This document shows, in pieces, positions 1 to 9,712 of a stretch of DNA of 64,000 nt (position 1 is the stretch's first letter; every line of letters starts with the position of its first letter). The notes below the pieces were generated by a model that did no database searches, was not told the DNA's origin, and worked only from the letters and a program-made list of their open reading frames with translations. The stretch is from positions 45,834 to 109,833 of the forward strand of contig JANRJK010000039.1 in NCBI GenBank assembly GCA_033764015.1, read 5' to 3'. The position numbers and the translations under genes are program-made. This DNA comes from Candidatus Sumerlaeia bacterium. GTDB lineage: Bacteria; Sumerlaeota; Sumerlaeia; SLMS01; JANRJK01.

Positions 1-249
1 GCCCATGCCGCGCTTCAGTTCCGTGGAGGTCTTCGCGGGGAACTCGTTCCGCGAAGTGAAGACCAGTGTGCGGGCAAGCTCCTTGCCGGCGATCGGCACG
101 TCGGTTACGACTTCGTTGTTCATGGCGGGAGTGGCCTCGGGTGGCGTGACGATGTCGAGTTGCCTTGGCTTTCCGGGTTGTTCGTCGCGGCAGGCGGTCG
201 CCGCCAGCGCCGCTAGGATGCAAAAAGTGATCGCGAAGGGCCGTATCAT
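1..249 (-). CDS. Putative lipoprotein, partial (runs off left edge)
   Basis: Not in the ORF track. Manual translation from ATG at 249: MIRPFAITFCILAALAATACRDEQPGKPRQ..., a signal peptide with lipobox-like ATAC. Starts 3 nt after the ychF stop. Confidence 0.7.
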   Translation of the reverse strand, partial: MIRPFAITFCILAALAATACRDEQPGKPRQLDIVTPPEATPAMNNEVVTDVPIAGKELARTLVFTSRNEFPAKTSTELKRGMG

Positions 250-251
250 GG

Positions 252-1352
252 TTACGCCCCGACCCGGAAGAAGCACACGTCGCCGTCCTTCATGACGTAC
301 TCCTTCCCTTCCACGCGCAGCTTCCCGGCGTCCCGCGCGGCGTTCCAACTGCCCGCCGCGATCAAGTCGTCGTAGCCGACAACCTCCGCGCGGATATAGG
401 TCTTCTCGAAGTCCGAGTGGATCACGCCGGCGCAGGCCGGCGCCTTCCAGCCGCGGTGGTACGTCCAGGCGCGGACCTCCTTTTCGCCGCCGGTGAAGAA
501 GGTCTCCAGCCCCAGCAGGCGGTAAGCGGCGTGCGTCAGGCGGTCCAGCCCGCTCTCCGTGAGGCCCAACTCCACCAGGAAGTCCCGCTTCTCCTCCTCG
601 GAAAGCTCGGCGATTTCGGATTCGACCTTCGCGGAGATGGAGACATGCTCGGCGCCGAGCGAGGCCGCGTGCGCCGCGACCGCCTTCACGCGGTCCAGTT
701 CCTCCGCCCGCGCCACGTCGCCCTCGCCCACGTTGCACACGAAGAGGAAGGGCTTCGCCGTCAGCAGGCAAAGCTCCTTCAGCACCGCCGCCTCATCCTC
801 ATTCTCCGCGGCGACTCGGTTCGCGAGCTTCCCCGATTCCAAATGCGCCTTCAGCCGCGAGAGGAACTCGTATTCCTTCGCGGCGTCCTTGTGCGCCTTC
901 GCCGCGCGCGAGGTGCGGTCGATCCGCTTCTCCAGCGTGGCGAGGTCGGCGAAGATCAGCTCGAGGTTGATGGTGTCGATGTCCGAAACCGGATCGATCT
1001 CCCCATGCACGTGGACCACGTCGTCGTCGTCGAAGCAGCGCACCACGCCGATGATCGCGTCGACCTCGCGGATGTGCGAAAGGAACTGGTTGCCGAGGCC
1101 CTCGCCCTTAGACGCGCCCCGGACCAGTCCGGCGATGTCCACGAACTGGAAGGTCGTCGGGACGGTCTGCTTGGGCTTGAAGATGCCGGTCAGCACCGCG
1201 AGGCGGGAATCCGGCACCTCGACGATGCCCACATTGGGTTCGATGGTGCAGAAGGGGTAGTTGGCCGCCTCCGCGCCAGCATTGGTGATGGCGTTGAAGA
1301 GGGTGCTCTTGCCGACGTTGGGCAAACCGACGATTCCCGCCTGAAGCGGCAT
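252..1352 (-). CDS. ychF: Redox-regulated ATPase YchF (Obg family)
   Basis: GIVGLPNVGKST, NYPFCTIEPN, DIAGLVRGASKGEGLGNQFL, C-terminal TGS domain GKEYVMKDGD. Confidence 0.97.
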   Translation of the reverse strand: MPLQAGIVGLPNVGKSTLFNAITNAGAEAANYPFCTIEPNVGIVEVPDSRLAVLTGIFKPKQTVPTTFQFVDIAGLVRGASKGEGLGNQFLSHIREVDAIIGVVRCFDDDDVVHVHGEIDPVSDIDTINLELIFADLATLEKRIDRTSRAAKAHKDAAKEYEFLSRLKAHLESGKLANRVAAENEDEAAVLKELCLLTAKPFLFVCNVGEGDVARAEELDRVKAVAAHAASLGAEHVSISAKVESEIAELSEEEKRDFLVELGLTESGLDRLTHAAYRLLGLETFFTGGEKEVRAWTYHRGWKAPACAGVIHSDFEKTYIRAEVVGYDDLIAAGSWNAARDAGKLRVEGKEYVMKDGDVCFFRVGA

Positions 1353-1452
1353 GGGGGCCTCGCTCTTGGAGTGGCTTTTGGGGGCCGGCGCGGCGGCCCG
1401 CCCCCCTTGATCGGTTCCCCCCGCCGCGCGGGCAAGAGCGGAACCGCCCCGG

Positions 1453-2988
1453 CTACCGGACTAGCAGTCCCTCGCCGCGCCGCGCGAGGTCCGTCTCCAC
1501 GCGCATCGTCATCAGGAACCCGTCCGCCCCGCCGTTGCTGGTTCGCGCCGTTGCGTCCGGCGGCCCGAAAATGCAGATGCCCTCGAACGAGCCCGCCAGC
1601 ACCAGGCGGCCGTCATTCATCAGCTTCAGGTGCGAAGCGGTCTCGTTGCCCGTGCCGCCGATCTGGTGGGCCGCGATCGCGCCGCCGTCCGAGACGCGGA
1701 AGAGCGCCACGACCATGTCGCTCCCCCCCCGCGATTCCAGAAACGGGAAGCCAAGGTAGGAGAGCGTGTTCTCGAACGAGGAGACGGTGGCGGCGAGTCC
1801 CGCGTCGGGGAGGTACACCAGGTCCTGGGCGTAGTTGGCCCCTTCGCTGTTCAAGGCGCTTACCCAAAGGAGGCGGCCGTCGCCCCGCCGGGCCTTGGCG
1901 ATGAACGTATCGGTCGCGGAGCCGACAGTGTTGAGGACCCGCGTGCTTCCGTCCGCCATCTGGAAGCCCGCGCCGTTGCTGTAGTTCCCTGCGAAGAGGA
2001 AATCCCCCGAGGGCAGCGCCTCCACATGGAACGCGTCGTCCCCGAGCGTGCCTCCGTGAGCCAGCGCCCACACCAGTTCGCCGTCGCCGTCGAACTCCGC
2101 CGTGAGGATGTCGAAGTCGCCCGCGCCGGTGAGCGTCGCCTCCGACGGGCGCCCGCACGCGAGTTTCGAGGTTCCGCTGAACTTCCCCACCGTCACGATG
2201 TGGCCGTCGGCGAACCGCGACACCGCCGAATAGAAGTCCTCGCGCTCCCCGCAGTTCGCCGTCACCCACGCCAGCGACCCGTCGCCACGGTACTTCGCGA
2301 TCGTGCCGTCGAAGAACTTGTTCGTCTCCGGGTGGGTGAACTGGTCCGGCTGCCCCGTGCGGAACGTCAGCGAGCCCCGTCCCCACACGCATGCGAAGAA
2401 ATCCAGCCCGCGTCCTGGCGCGAACTCCCGGCAGAGGCTCGTCAGCGGCCCGCTGATCCATTCGGTCCATTCGAAGCCAAGCCCGCCCGGCTCCACCGCT
2501 AGCAGCACCGGATCGAAGGACCCATCCACCGAGGACAAGCTGTACGGCGTCGTCGTCTCGGCCCCGATGGTTGTGGCGCCGGAGACGCCCAGGCTTGCGA
2601 GGATCGTCCCGTCCGGAAGAGCGCCGAGCTCGGGCGCCTCCTGGATCTGCGGGCCCCGCGCCGTGAACACCCAGTCCACCGCGTTCGTGTCGATGTCCAT
2701 GCGCGCGAAGAAGACGTCGCCGTTCCCTTGGTGCTGCAGGGTGAAAGAGCCCCCACCGGTCCGAGGGAGAGTGAAGTTTCCGTAATACGAACCCCCGAAG
2801 ATCACATCCGAACCGCCTCCGTACGGGAGGATCGGGAATGCGAACTGGTCGTTCAGCGATCCGAAGGTCAGCACGCGGTCGGTCGTGATGGTCGTCTGCG
2901 CGCGGGCGGCGTGTGGCAATCCTGCAACGACAATCGAAGCGGCGCACAGTACGGCGCGCCGCGACCCCGGGAATCCAAATCGAAACAT
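1453..2988 (-). CDS. Secreted beta-propeller-repeat protein with short C-terminal tail (…RRGEGLLVR)
   Basis: Real start likely MFRFGFPG at 2988 with an AxA signal peptide (HAARA-Q). Repeated GxxDxxxA(K/R)xxxxGxxxW-type blades. The upstream ORF extension overlaps the epimerase and is spurious. Confidence 0.75.
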   Translation of the reverse strand: MFRFGFPGSRRAVLCAASIVVAGLPHAARAQTTITTDRVLTFGSLNDQFAFPILPYGGGSDVIFGGSYYGNFTLPRTGGGSFTLQHQGNGDVFFARMDIDTNAVDWVFTARGPQIQEAPELGALPDGTILASLGVSGATTIGAETTTPYSLSSVDGSFDPVLLAVEPGGLGFEWTEWISGPLTSLCREFAPGRGLDFFACVWGRGSLTFRTGQPDQFTHPETNKFFDGTIAKYRGDGSLAWVTANCGEREDFYSAVSRFADGHIVTVGKFSGTSKLACGRPSEATLTGAGDFDILTAEFDGDGELVWALAHGGTLGDDAFHVEALPSGDFLFAGNYSNGAGFQMADGSTRVLNTVGSATDTFIAKARRGDGRLLWVSALNSEGANYAQDLVYLPDAGLAATVSSFENTLSYLGFPFLESRGGSDMVVALFRVSDGGAIAAHQIGGTGNETASHLKLMNDGRLVLAGSFEGICIFGPPDATARTSNGGADGFLMTMRVETDLARRGEGLLVR

Positions 2989-3047
2989 AAGGCCACCCCC
3001 TCGAATCCGCCTCGCGGGCGAAAAGCCTGCCAGTGGCGGCTTGTCCG

Positions 3048-4157
3048 CTAACCTCCCGCCGCTTCCCGGCGCGCCTGCTCCACGGCCCGGTGAGGCGCCA
3101 ACTTCTCCAGCACCTCCTCTAGCAGCCCCCGGTGCGCCGCCACCCACGCGTGCAGCCTCCGGACGCCCTCCTCGGGACCGGTCTTCGGATCCCAGTCGAG
3201 CTCGCGGCGCGCCTTCGAGATATTGCTGTAGTACGCGCGCTGGTCCCCCGGGCGCCAGTCCGCATAACCGACATGCGGATGGTGGTGGCCGAGCTTCTCG
3301 AGCAGCACCAGCAAGCGCCGCAGCGTGAGCCGCTGGTTCGGTCCGCCGCCGACGTTGTACACTTGGCCGGCCGCCGTTTCGATCCGCTCGACGGCGCGCT
3401 CGTAAAGCGCCACCAGGTCGTCGATCCACAGCACATCGCGGACCTGGTAGCCATCCCCGTAAACGGTGATGCGCCGGTCGAGCAAGCTCGCGATCGCGAA
3501 CCAGGCGACCCAGCCCTGGTCCTCGATGCCGAGTTGGTGCGTGCCGAAGATGCACGATTGGCGGAACACCACGGTGGGCATCTTGTAGATACGGTGGAAG
3601 TCGCGGCAGTACTGGTCCGCCGCCCCCTTCGAACAGCCGTAGGGGGAGTGGAAGTCGAGCGGCTGCGACTCGTCGATCCCCGCTCGGCCGTCCTTGTAGG
3701 CGTACCACTCCGCGGAGGGGTCGAAGGCGATTCCGACCTCCTCCATGCCCCCGTAGACCTTGTTCGTCGACGGATACACCACGGGGATGGAGCGGTCCAC
3801 TTCGCGCACCGCTTCCAGCACGTTGAAGGTGCCGAGCGCGTTCACCTCGAAGTCGAGCCGGGGCTTGGCGATCGACGTGGTGACGGCCACCTGCGAGGCT
3901 TGGTGGAAGAGCGCCGACTTGCCGCGGGGCGCCTCCGACAGCACGCGGACGAGCGCCGCCCCATCGCGGATATCCTCGTTCCGGAACCGGATCGAGGGGT
4001 AGTCCCGCAGCAGCAACTCGAGGTTCTGCCGCGTGCCCGGCCGCGAAAGGTTGTCCACGACATCGACCGTGGCCCCCTTGGAGGCGACCGCACGGGCGAG
4101 GTGCGATCCGATGAACCCGGCTCCGCCGGTGATGATGAAGTGGTTGTATTTAGCCAT
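3048..4157 (-). CDS. NAD-dependent epimerase/dehydratase, CDP-paratose 2-epimerase (RfbE/Tyv)-like extended SDR
   Basis: ITGGAGFIG, STNKVYG, YGCSK, QSCIFG..Q.G.EDQGWVAWF, RPGDQ; start MAKYNHF at 4157. Confidence 0.88.
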   Translation of the reverse strand: MAKYNHFIITGGAGFIGSHLARAVASKGATVDVVDNLSRPGTRQNLELLLRDYPSIRFRNEDIRDGAALVRVLSEAPRGKSALFHQASQVAVTTSIAKPRLDFEVNALGTFNVLEAVREVDRSIPVVYPSTNKVYGGMEEVGIAFDPSAEWYAYKDGRAGIDESQPLDFHSPYGCSKGAADQYCRDFHRIYKMPTVVFRQSCIFGTHQLGIEDQGWVAWFAIASLLDRRITVYGDGYQVRDVLWIDDLVALYERAVERIETAAGQVYNVGGGPNQRLTLRRLLVLLEKLGHHHPHVGYADWRPGDQRAYYSNISKARRELDWDPKTGPEEGVRRLHAWVAAHRGLLEEVLEKLAPHRAVEQARREAAGG

Positions 4158-4370
4158 GCGCGCCGCGCTGCCTGCCTTTTCAACGCCGTCTTTTCGGTCC
4201 GAAAGCCGAACGAAGCCAAGGCGATTCGCCCGTACCGGAAATAATGCGACAAATCGACGCTCCATTGGACAAACTTTGGGCAGGCCGCATGATTCCGGTG
4301 GACAGTGGCGCACCCTCCGAAGATGGTGATAAGCGCTTTATCGACAGGAAACCGGACCCGGAACCTCAAA

Positions 4371-5567
4371 ATGATCCCCTCCCTGAAGCACCTCGCCGGC
4401 GGCATCCTCGCCACCATCGCCCTCACGCTCGCGACAAACCACCTCCCCGCGCAGCGAATCGAAGCGGTCCCGCTGCCGCTGGAGTACAGCCCCACCGGCG
4501 TCCTCTTCCGCGTCAAGGCACCCGGCGCCCAGTCGGTCTTTGTCGCCGGCACGTTCAACGGCTGGGGCGGGTCCGACGGCTCCACCATCAGCGACCCCTC
4601 GACGCGCATGTACGGCCCCGACGAGAACGGCGTCTTCGAGTACTTCGTCAGCCTCACGCCCGGCACCCACGTCTTCAAGTACGCCATCAACGGCAACCAG
4701 TGGATCCCGGGGCCGCCGAACCTGCCGCGCATGAAGGACGACTTCGACACGACCCCGGGCCAGGGCGACCAGTCCGGCTCCGCGTTCGACTTCTCCCTCG
4801 AGGAACCGCCCTGGCCCTCCTACGTTCCCACGGTCGAGATGATGCCGGCCGTGGTCATCCACCAGGAGACCGGCGAGCCGTTCCTCCGCGTGCGCTTCTT
4901 CAGCCGCTACGCGACGACGGCCCACATCGTGGGCGGGCACGACGGCTGGGGCGGCATCTCCAACCGCGCCGTCTTCTCCGACTGGCACAAGATGCAGCCC
5001 ACGCGCGTTCCCAATGTGTGGCAGAAGTACATCGGCCCGCTGAAGGAAGGGTTCCAAGAGTACAAGATCGTCGCCAACAACCGCCAGTGGCTCTCCGACC
5101 CGTCCGTTTCGGAGATGAGCCAGGACGGCAACACGATGATCCGCATCTCGAAGGCCACCGGCACATGGCAGGCCACCTACACCCCGCGCTTCGACCCGAA
5201 CGCGAAGCGGCAGGACACCAAGAGCCGCTGGGGCAACGACCTCGTCTGGGAGGACGACCGCAACACGGGCTTCGCGCAGGCGCAGCTCATGCAGCAGCGC
5301 ATGCTCTGGGTCATCAGCCTGCCGCAGTCGGGCCTAAGCGAGTCGCTGATGAAGAACATCAACGGCGATGCGGAACTGGTCGGCATGCTCTCGGGATCGA
5401 CGATCTGCCTGGAGACCCCGGCGCACGAGGTGCTCGACATCATCCGCGGGCGCATGATCCAGCGCCTCCCCTATGTCGTTCTCGTGGACTCCAGCTACCG
5501 ACCCGTCTGGGAGAAGTTCAATCCGGGCACGGACGAGTTGAAGGAGCAGTTGCGCAACTTGAAGTAG
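4371..5567 (+). CDS. Secreted protein with two CBM48/AMPK-beta-like glycogen-binding domains and a C-terminal thioredoxin-like domain
   Basis: Signal peptide. Two copies of F...A..V...G.(F/H)(N/D)GW...M......(F/W)......L..G...(F/Y)K...N..W..(G/D)P. C-terminus W..D...GFAQA...Q.MLWVI…LPYVVLVD resembles a Trx fold without CxxC. Confidence 0.72.
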   Translation: MIPSLKHLAGGILATIALTLATNHLPAQRIEAVPLPLEYSPTGVLFRVKAPGAQSVFVAGTFNGWGGSDGSTISDPSTRMYGPDENGVFEYFVSLTPGTHVFKYAINGNQWIPGPPNLPRMKDDFDTTPGQGDQSGSAFDFSLEEPPWPSYVPTVEMMPAVVIHQETGEPFLRVRFFSRYATTAHIVGGHDGWGGISNRAVFSDWHKMQPTRVPNVWQKYIGPLKEGFQEYKIVANNRQWLSDPSVSEMSQDGNTMIRISKATGTWQATYTPRFDPNAKRQDTKSRWGNDLVWEDDRNTGFAQAQLMQQRMLWVISLPQSGLSESLMKNINGDAELVGMLSGSTICLETPAHEVLDIIRGRMIQRLPYVVLVDSSYRPVWEKFNPGTDELKEQLRNLK

Positions 5568-5590
5568 CCGCGCCCGCGCTGCCCCCGGGC

Positions 5591-6571
5591 TCATGGCGCC
5601 TCCGCCTCCACCGGCGGAGGCGCTTTGCGTTGGCGGGCGGCGTCGACCTCCGCCGCCTCGCCGGAATCGATCGGTCCCGGCGCCCAGTTCAAACCGCCCG
5701 GCACCAGCTCCAGCCGGTTCCCCCGTTCATCGACGAACCGCAGGTCCCGCACCTTCCGGTCCGCGGTGTAGACGTGCCGCGCGGTCCGGTCCCATACCCG
5801 CAGCGGGCCGTCGTCGCAGACCACGGCGAGCCAGCGACTGCTCGCGGATTGGCGCAGGAGCGCCGCCGCCTTGCAGGCACCCCCTTCGAGCAGCGTCTCG
5901 CCCTCCGCAAACCGCACCGCCCCCCCGCGATCCAGCAGCAATAGGCTGGCTGACCCCGCCTCCGACGCGAACGTCATCGCGTCGCCCGGCTCCAGGCGCG
6001 CGATCGGCTCCGCCATGAACGTCTCGAAAGGCATCGCGTGCAGCGCGCGGTCGTCCTTCAGGAAGTACACCCCCCGGAGCGCGGGGTCCCACTCGAGCTG
6101 CCACACGGCGCCGAGCTCCGCCGGCAATTCGCCGCGCAACGATTGATTGCGCAGCACCCAGATCCGTACCGCGCCCGCGATCGAGCCGGTGGCGAGCATA
6201 CGCCCGTCCGGCGAGAACCGCAGCGCCGTCACGGTCTCCGAGTGGGGGCGGAAGTTGAACAGCTCGTCGCCGGTGGTGGAGAGGACGACGAACACGCGGC
6301 CGGACTCGTCGCCGACGGCCGCGAGGTTCCCGGGTGTGGAAAGGTCGAGCGCGGTCCACGCCGCCCCCTCCAGCGGCGTGTCCCAAGCCACCGTCCGCGT
6401 TTCCATGTCGATGAGCAGGAGCCGCTCCGGGAGCGTGGTGGCGCCCCAGCGGCCCGCCTCGTCGACCGCCACCAACCGTGTCTCGCCCTCCACGATGGGA
6501 AAGCCCTTCGCAGGGTAATCCGCCGCGTGGGCGGCCGCCGCGGCGCCGCACGCCAGGAGCGCCGCACGCAG
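5591..6571 (-). CDS. WD40-repeat protein (secreted); start uncertain
   Basis: HSETVTALRFSPDGRMLATGSIAGAVRIW and AVVCDDGPLRVWD WD40 blades; signal-like LRAALLACGAAAAAHA. Confidence 0.72.
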   Translation of the reverse strand: MRAALLACGAAAAAHAADYPAKGFPIVEGETRLVAVDEAGRWGATTLPERLLLIDMETRTVAWDTPLEGAAWTALDLSTPGNLAAVGDESGRVFVVLSTTGDELFNFRPHSETVTALRFSPDGRMLATGSIAGAVRIWVLRNQSLRGELPAELGAVWQLEWDPALRGVYFLKDDRALHAMPFETFMAEPIARLEPGDAMTFASEAGSASLLLLDRGGAVRFAEGETLLEGGACKAAALLRQSASSRWLAVVCDDGPLRVWDRTARHVYTADRKVRDLRFVDERGNRLELVPGGLNWAPGPIDSGEAAEVDAARQRKAPPPVEAEAP

Positions 6572-6680
6572 CTTGCGCCAGCGGGCGCGCCGTTCGATAA
6601 ACCGAACGCGCGCCCACCCTGCGGCGCGCCGCCTTCCCGCACACGGAGTGACTGCCAAGATGCCGAACGCCCTGTCCGCC

Positions 6681-8141
6681 ATGAGGCGCATCCTCCTCGC
6701 GGCCCTCGCCGCGGCCACCGCCTGCGCGGCCCCCGCCGGGCCTGTGGTCATCAGTGTGTCGCAGGAGACCCAGTTTGGCCAGAGCGTTTTCGTCTCCTCG
6801 CCGCGCCTCGAAACCGGGCTCGGCGACATCACCAAGTCCGTCAAGCTCTCGCCGCACAACTACCCGGTCTGGAGCGTGACGCTCGATCTCCCCGCGGGCG
6901 CGCAGATCACTCCCCAGTTCTACCTGCGCAGCGACGCCGCCGCGGACCTCGGCGGCGCGGCGAATGGCACCCTTGCCTCGACCGGGAGCACGCTCACGGC
7001 CGGCGCCGCCGACGATACGCCCACGACGATCACGATCTACCCTGCGCAAGCGTCGGACGTCGCGCTCGTCACGGTCATCTCCGCCAACGGCGGCGGGACC
7101 GTTGCGCAAATCCCCATGACACGGAACGACGCGAACGGCTTGGTGCGCTACGAGGCCCAACTCCCCGCCGTGCACGCCCGCGACCGCCACATGATGCAGG
7201 CTTCCGTCGGCGGGACGCTTTACCCCTCGGACGGCTACGTGCGCGTGAACCCTGCTCCGACCTGGTGGCGCTTCGGGCAGGGGTTCCTCTACGACCCCGC
7301 GACGATGACCGCCGCCCCCGCGGCCGCGCGGACCACCACGTTCACGTTCCAGCCCACCGCGGTCCCCGGCGGAGGCTCCGCGTTCGGCTCGCGGACGATC
7401 CGCGTCCAGCTTCCCCGCGGCTACGATGCCGCGACAAAGGCGTACCCGGTCCTCTATGCGCAGGACGGCCAGAACGTCTTCGCGCCCGGCGGACCATTCG
7501 GCTCCTGGGACCTCGATGTCGCCGTCCGCACTCTGACCAACAGGGCGGAGATGCCCGAAGTCATTTTGGTCGGCATCGACAACACCAGCGGCCGGTTCGC
7601 CGAGTACACGCCCGAGTACGGCAACATCAGCGGCACGCAAGGGCGCGGCGGCGAGTTCCTGACCATGCTCCGTGACCAGCTCCTCCCCGAGGTCGAAAGC
7701 CGCTACCGAGTCCTGCAGGGCCCGGAGAACACCGCCCACATCGGCAGCTCCCTCGGAGGACTCCTCGGCTTCCACGCGGCCAACGAGTTCGAGGACACCT
7801 GGGGCTCCGTGGTCGCCATGTCGCCCAGCTTCCAAGTGAACTCTACGGAGAACTTCCGCCGCGCGCTCTTCGCGCCCGCGGAGTTCGGCCGCCTCTACAT
7901 CGACTCCGGCAACACCGGCACCTCGGCGGACGGCTACGCGAACACGGTCACCGTGCGCGACCGGCGCCTCGAGGCGGGCGAGCCCCTCGGCGAGCGCTTC
8001 TGGCACACCGTCGGCCTCGGCATGCAGCACAACGAGGCCGCATGGCGCCAGCGCTCGCCCGACGCGCTGCGCTGGCTCTACTCGCCCGCGCTGCGGGAGG
8101 CGTCCCAGCCCTCCGCCGCGAGCGGCCTCCTGATCTTCTAG
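6681..8141 (+). CDS. Secreted CBM20 starch-binding domain + alpha/beta-hydrolase (putative esterase) with C-terminal tail (…SAASGLLIF)
   Basis: Signal peptide. CBM20-like TQFGQSVFV…LG…VKL…YPVWSVTLDLP. Esterase motifs LPRGY, YPVLYAQDGQN, GSSLGG (nucleophile), HNEAAW. Confidence 0.85.
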   Translation: MRRILLAALAAATACAAPAGPVVISVSQETQFGQSVFVSSPRLETGLGDITKSVKLSPHNYPVWSVTLDLPAGAQITPQFYLRSDAAADLGGAANGTLASTGSTLTAGAADDTPTTITIYPAQASDVALVTVISANGGGTVAQIPMTRNDANGLVRYEAQLPAVHARDRHMMQASVGGTLYPSDGYVRVNPAPTWWRFGQGFLYDPATMTAAPAAARTTTFTFQPTAVPGGGSAFGSRTIRVQLPRGYDAATKAYPVLYAQDGQNVFAPGGPFGSWDLDVAVRTLTNRAEMPEVILVGIDNTSGRFAEYTPEYGNISGTQGRGGEFLTMLRDQLLPEVESRYRVLQGPENTAHIGSSLGGLLGFHAANEFEDTWGSVVAMSPSFQVNSTENFRRALFAPAEFGRLYIDSGNTGTSADGYANTVTVRDRRLEAGEPLGERFWHTVGLGMQHNEAAWRQRSPDALRWLYSPALREASQPSAASGLLIF

Positions 8142-8161
8142 ACCAATCGAAAGGCAACGCC

Positions 8162-9706
8162 TTGAAGCGAGCCCTCACCGCACCCGACCGCCTCGACACG
8201 CCCGGGCGCGAGACCGCCAAGTACGAAGCCCGCCTCGCCGACTGGCGCATGGGCCACACTGTCTACCAGATCTACGTGGACCGCTTCGCGCCCTCCCAGC
8301 GCCTCGATGGCAAGCGCCACCACTACGCCTCGCCGAAGCTACTCCGCGACTGGTCCCAGCAGCCCTCCCGCGGAAACTACCTCGCCGACGTCCACAACAA
8401 CGAAGGCGAGATCGAGTTCTGGGGCGGCGACTTCGATTCGGTCCGCGGTAAGGTTGACTATCTCAAGCAACTCGGCGTCGAGGTGGTCTACTTCAACCCC
8501 GTCTTCGAGGCCTTCACGAACCACAAGTACGACGGCTACGACTACTTCAGGATCGATCCGCAGTTCGGAACGAAGGAGGAGTTGAAGGAACTGGTCGAGG
8601 AGCTGCACGCGAACGGCATCCGCGTGCTGCTCGACGGCGTCTTCAACCACCTCGGGCGCCGCTCGCCCCACTTCCTGGAAGCCAAGGCGGACCCTTCCAG
8701 CCCGAAGCGCTCCTGGTTCTTCTTCGGCGACGAGTACCGCAACGGCTACCGCGCCTGGCGCAACGGCGCGAACCTGCCGGAGCTGAACCTCGAGAACCCC
8801 GAGGTGCGCCGCATGGCGATCGAGGGGCCGGACTCCGCGGTGCAGCATTACATCCGCGACATCGGCATCGACGGCTGGCGAATCGACGTGGGGCCGGACG
8901 TCGGCTACCGCTGGTTGCGGGCCGTGACCGACAACTCGCACGAGGCGCGCCCCGACACGGTGGTGATCGGCGAGTGCTGGAACTACCCGGAGGAGTGGTT
9001 GCATGTGATGGACGGCGTGATGAACATGCACGCCCGCATGCTGCTCCTGAAGGGCATCGGCGGCGAAATGCCCGCCCGCGCCCTCGCCCGCGCGCTCGAC
9101 CGGATGGCCGCCGACTGCGACGAGGACGGCCTCCTCCGCAGCCACCTCGTGCTCGACAACCACGACACTCCGCGGCTCCGCCACTTCCTCAAGAGCCACG
9201 TGCAGCGCGCGCTCGCGCGCACGCTCCAGTTCACGCTTCCGGGGTGCCCCGTCGTCTACTACGGCTCCGAGGCCGACATGGACGGCGGCCACGATCCAGG
9301 CAGCCGCGGCCCCATGGACTGGGACGCGGCCAACGACACCAACCCGCACTTCCGTCTGGTCAAGCAGCTCGCCGAGCTGCGCCGCGAGCACCCGGCCCTG
9401 CGGGTCGGCTCGTTCCGCGTCCTCGAGGCGGAGAAGCTGCTGGCCTTCATCCGCACCACGGACCGCGCCCGCGAGACCATCCTCGTGCTCGCAAACCCCT
9501 CGCGGGAGTGGGTGCGCGAACTGGTGCCGATCCGCGACTCGCGCCTCATGGACGCCTCCGCGCTCCGGTGCCTGCTGAGCGGCGAACGAGTGCACCTTCA
9601 GTGCGGCACCATCGAGACCACCGTGCCGCCGCACTCGGCGCGCGTGTACCGCACGGAGGACCTCGGCGACCGCCCCGGCTACTCGATGTTCAAGCGCGTC
9701 CCGTAG
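8162..9706 (+). CDS. GH13 alpha-amylase family glycosidase (neopullulanase/cyclomaltodextrinase-like), cytoplasmic
   Basis: YQIYVDRF, WGGDF, DGVFNH (region I), GWRIDV (II), GECW (III), LDNHD (IV), LPGCPVVYYGSE; probable TTG start at 8162. Confidence 0.92.
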   Translation: MKRALTAPDRLDTPGRETAKYEARLADWRMGHTVYQIYVDRFAPSQRLDGKRHHYASPKLLRDWSQQPSRGNYLADVHNNEGEIEFWGGDFDSVRGKVDYLKQLGVEVVYFNPVFEAFTNHKYDGYDYFRIDPQFGTKEELKELVEELHANGIRVLLDGVFNHLGRRSPHFLEAKADPSSPKRSWFFFGDEYRNGYRAWRNGANLPELNLENPEVRRMAIEGPDSAVQHYIRDIGIDGWRIDVGPDVGYRWLRAVTDNSHEARPDTVVIGECWNYPEEWLHVMDGVMNMHARMLLLKGIGGEMPARALARALDRMAADCDEDGLLRSHLVLDNHDTPRLRHFLKSHVQRALARTLQFTLPGCPVVYYGSEADMDGGHDPGSRGPMDWDAANDTNPHFRLVKQLAELRREHPALRVGSFRVLEAEKLLAFIRTTDRARETILVLANPSREWVRELVPIRDSRLMDASALRCLLSGERVHLQCGTIETTVPPHSARVYRTEDLGDRPGYSMFKRVP

Positions 9707-9712
9707 CGGCGC

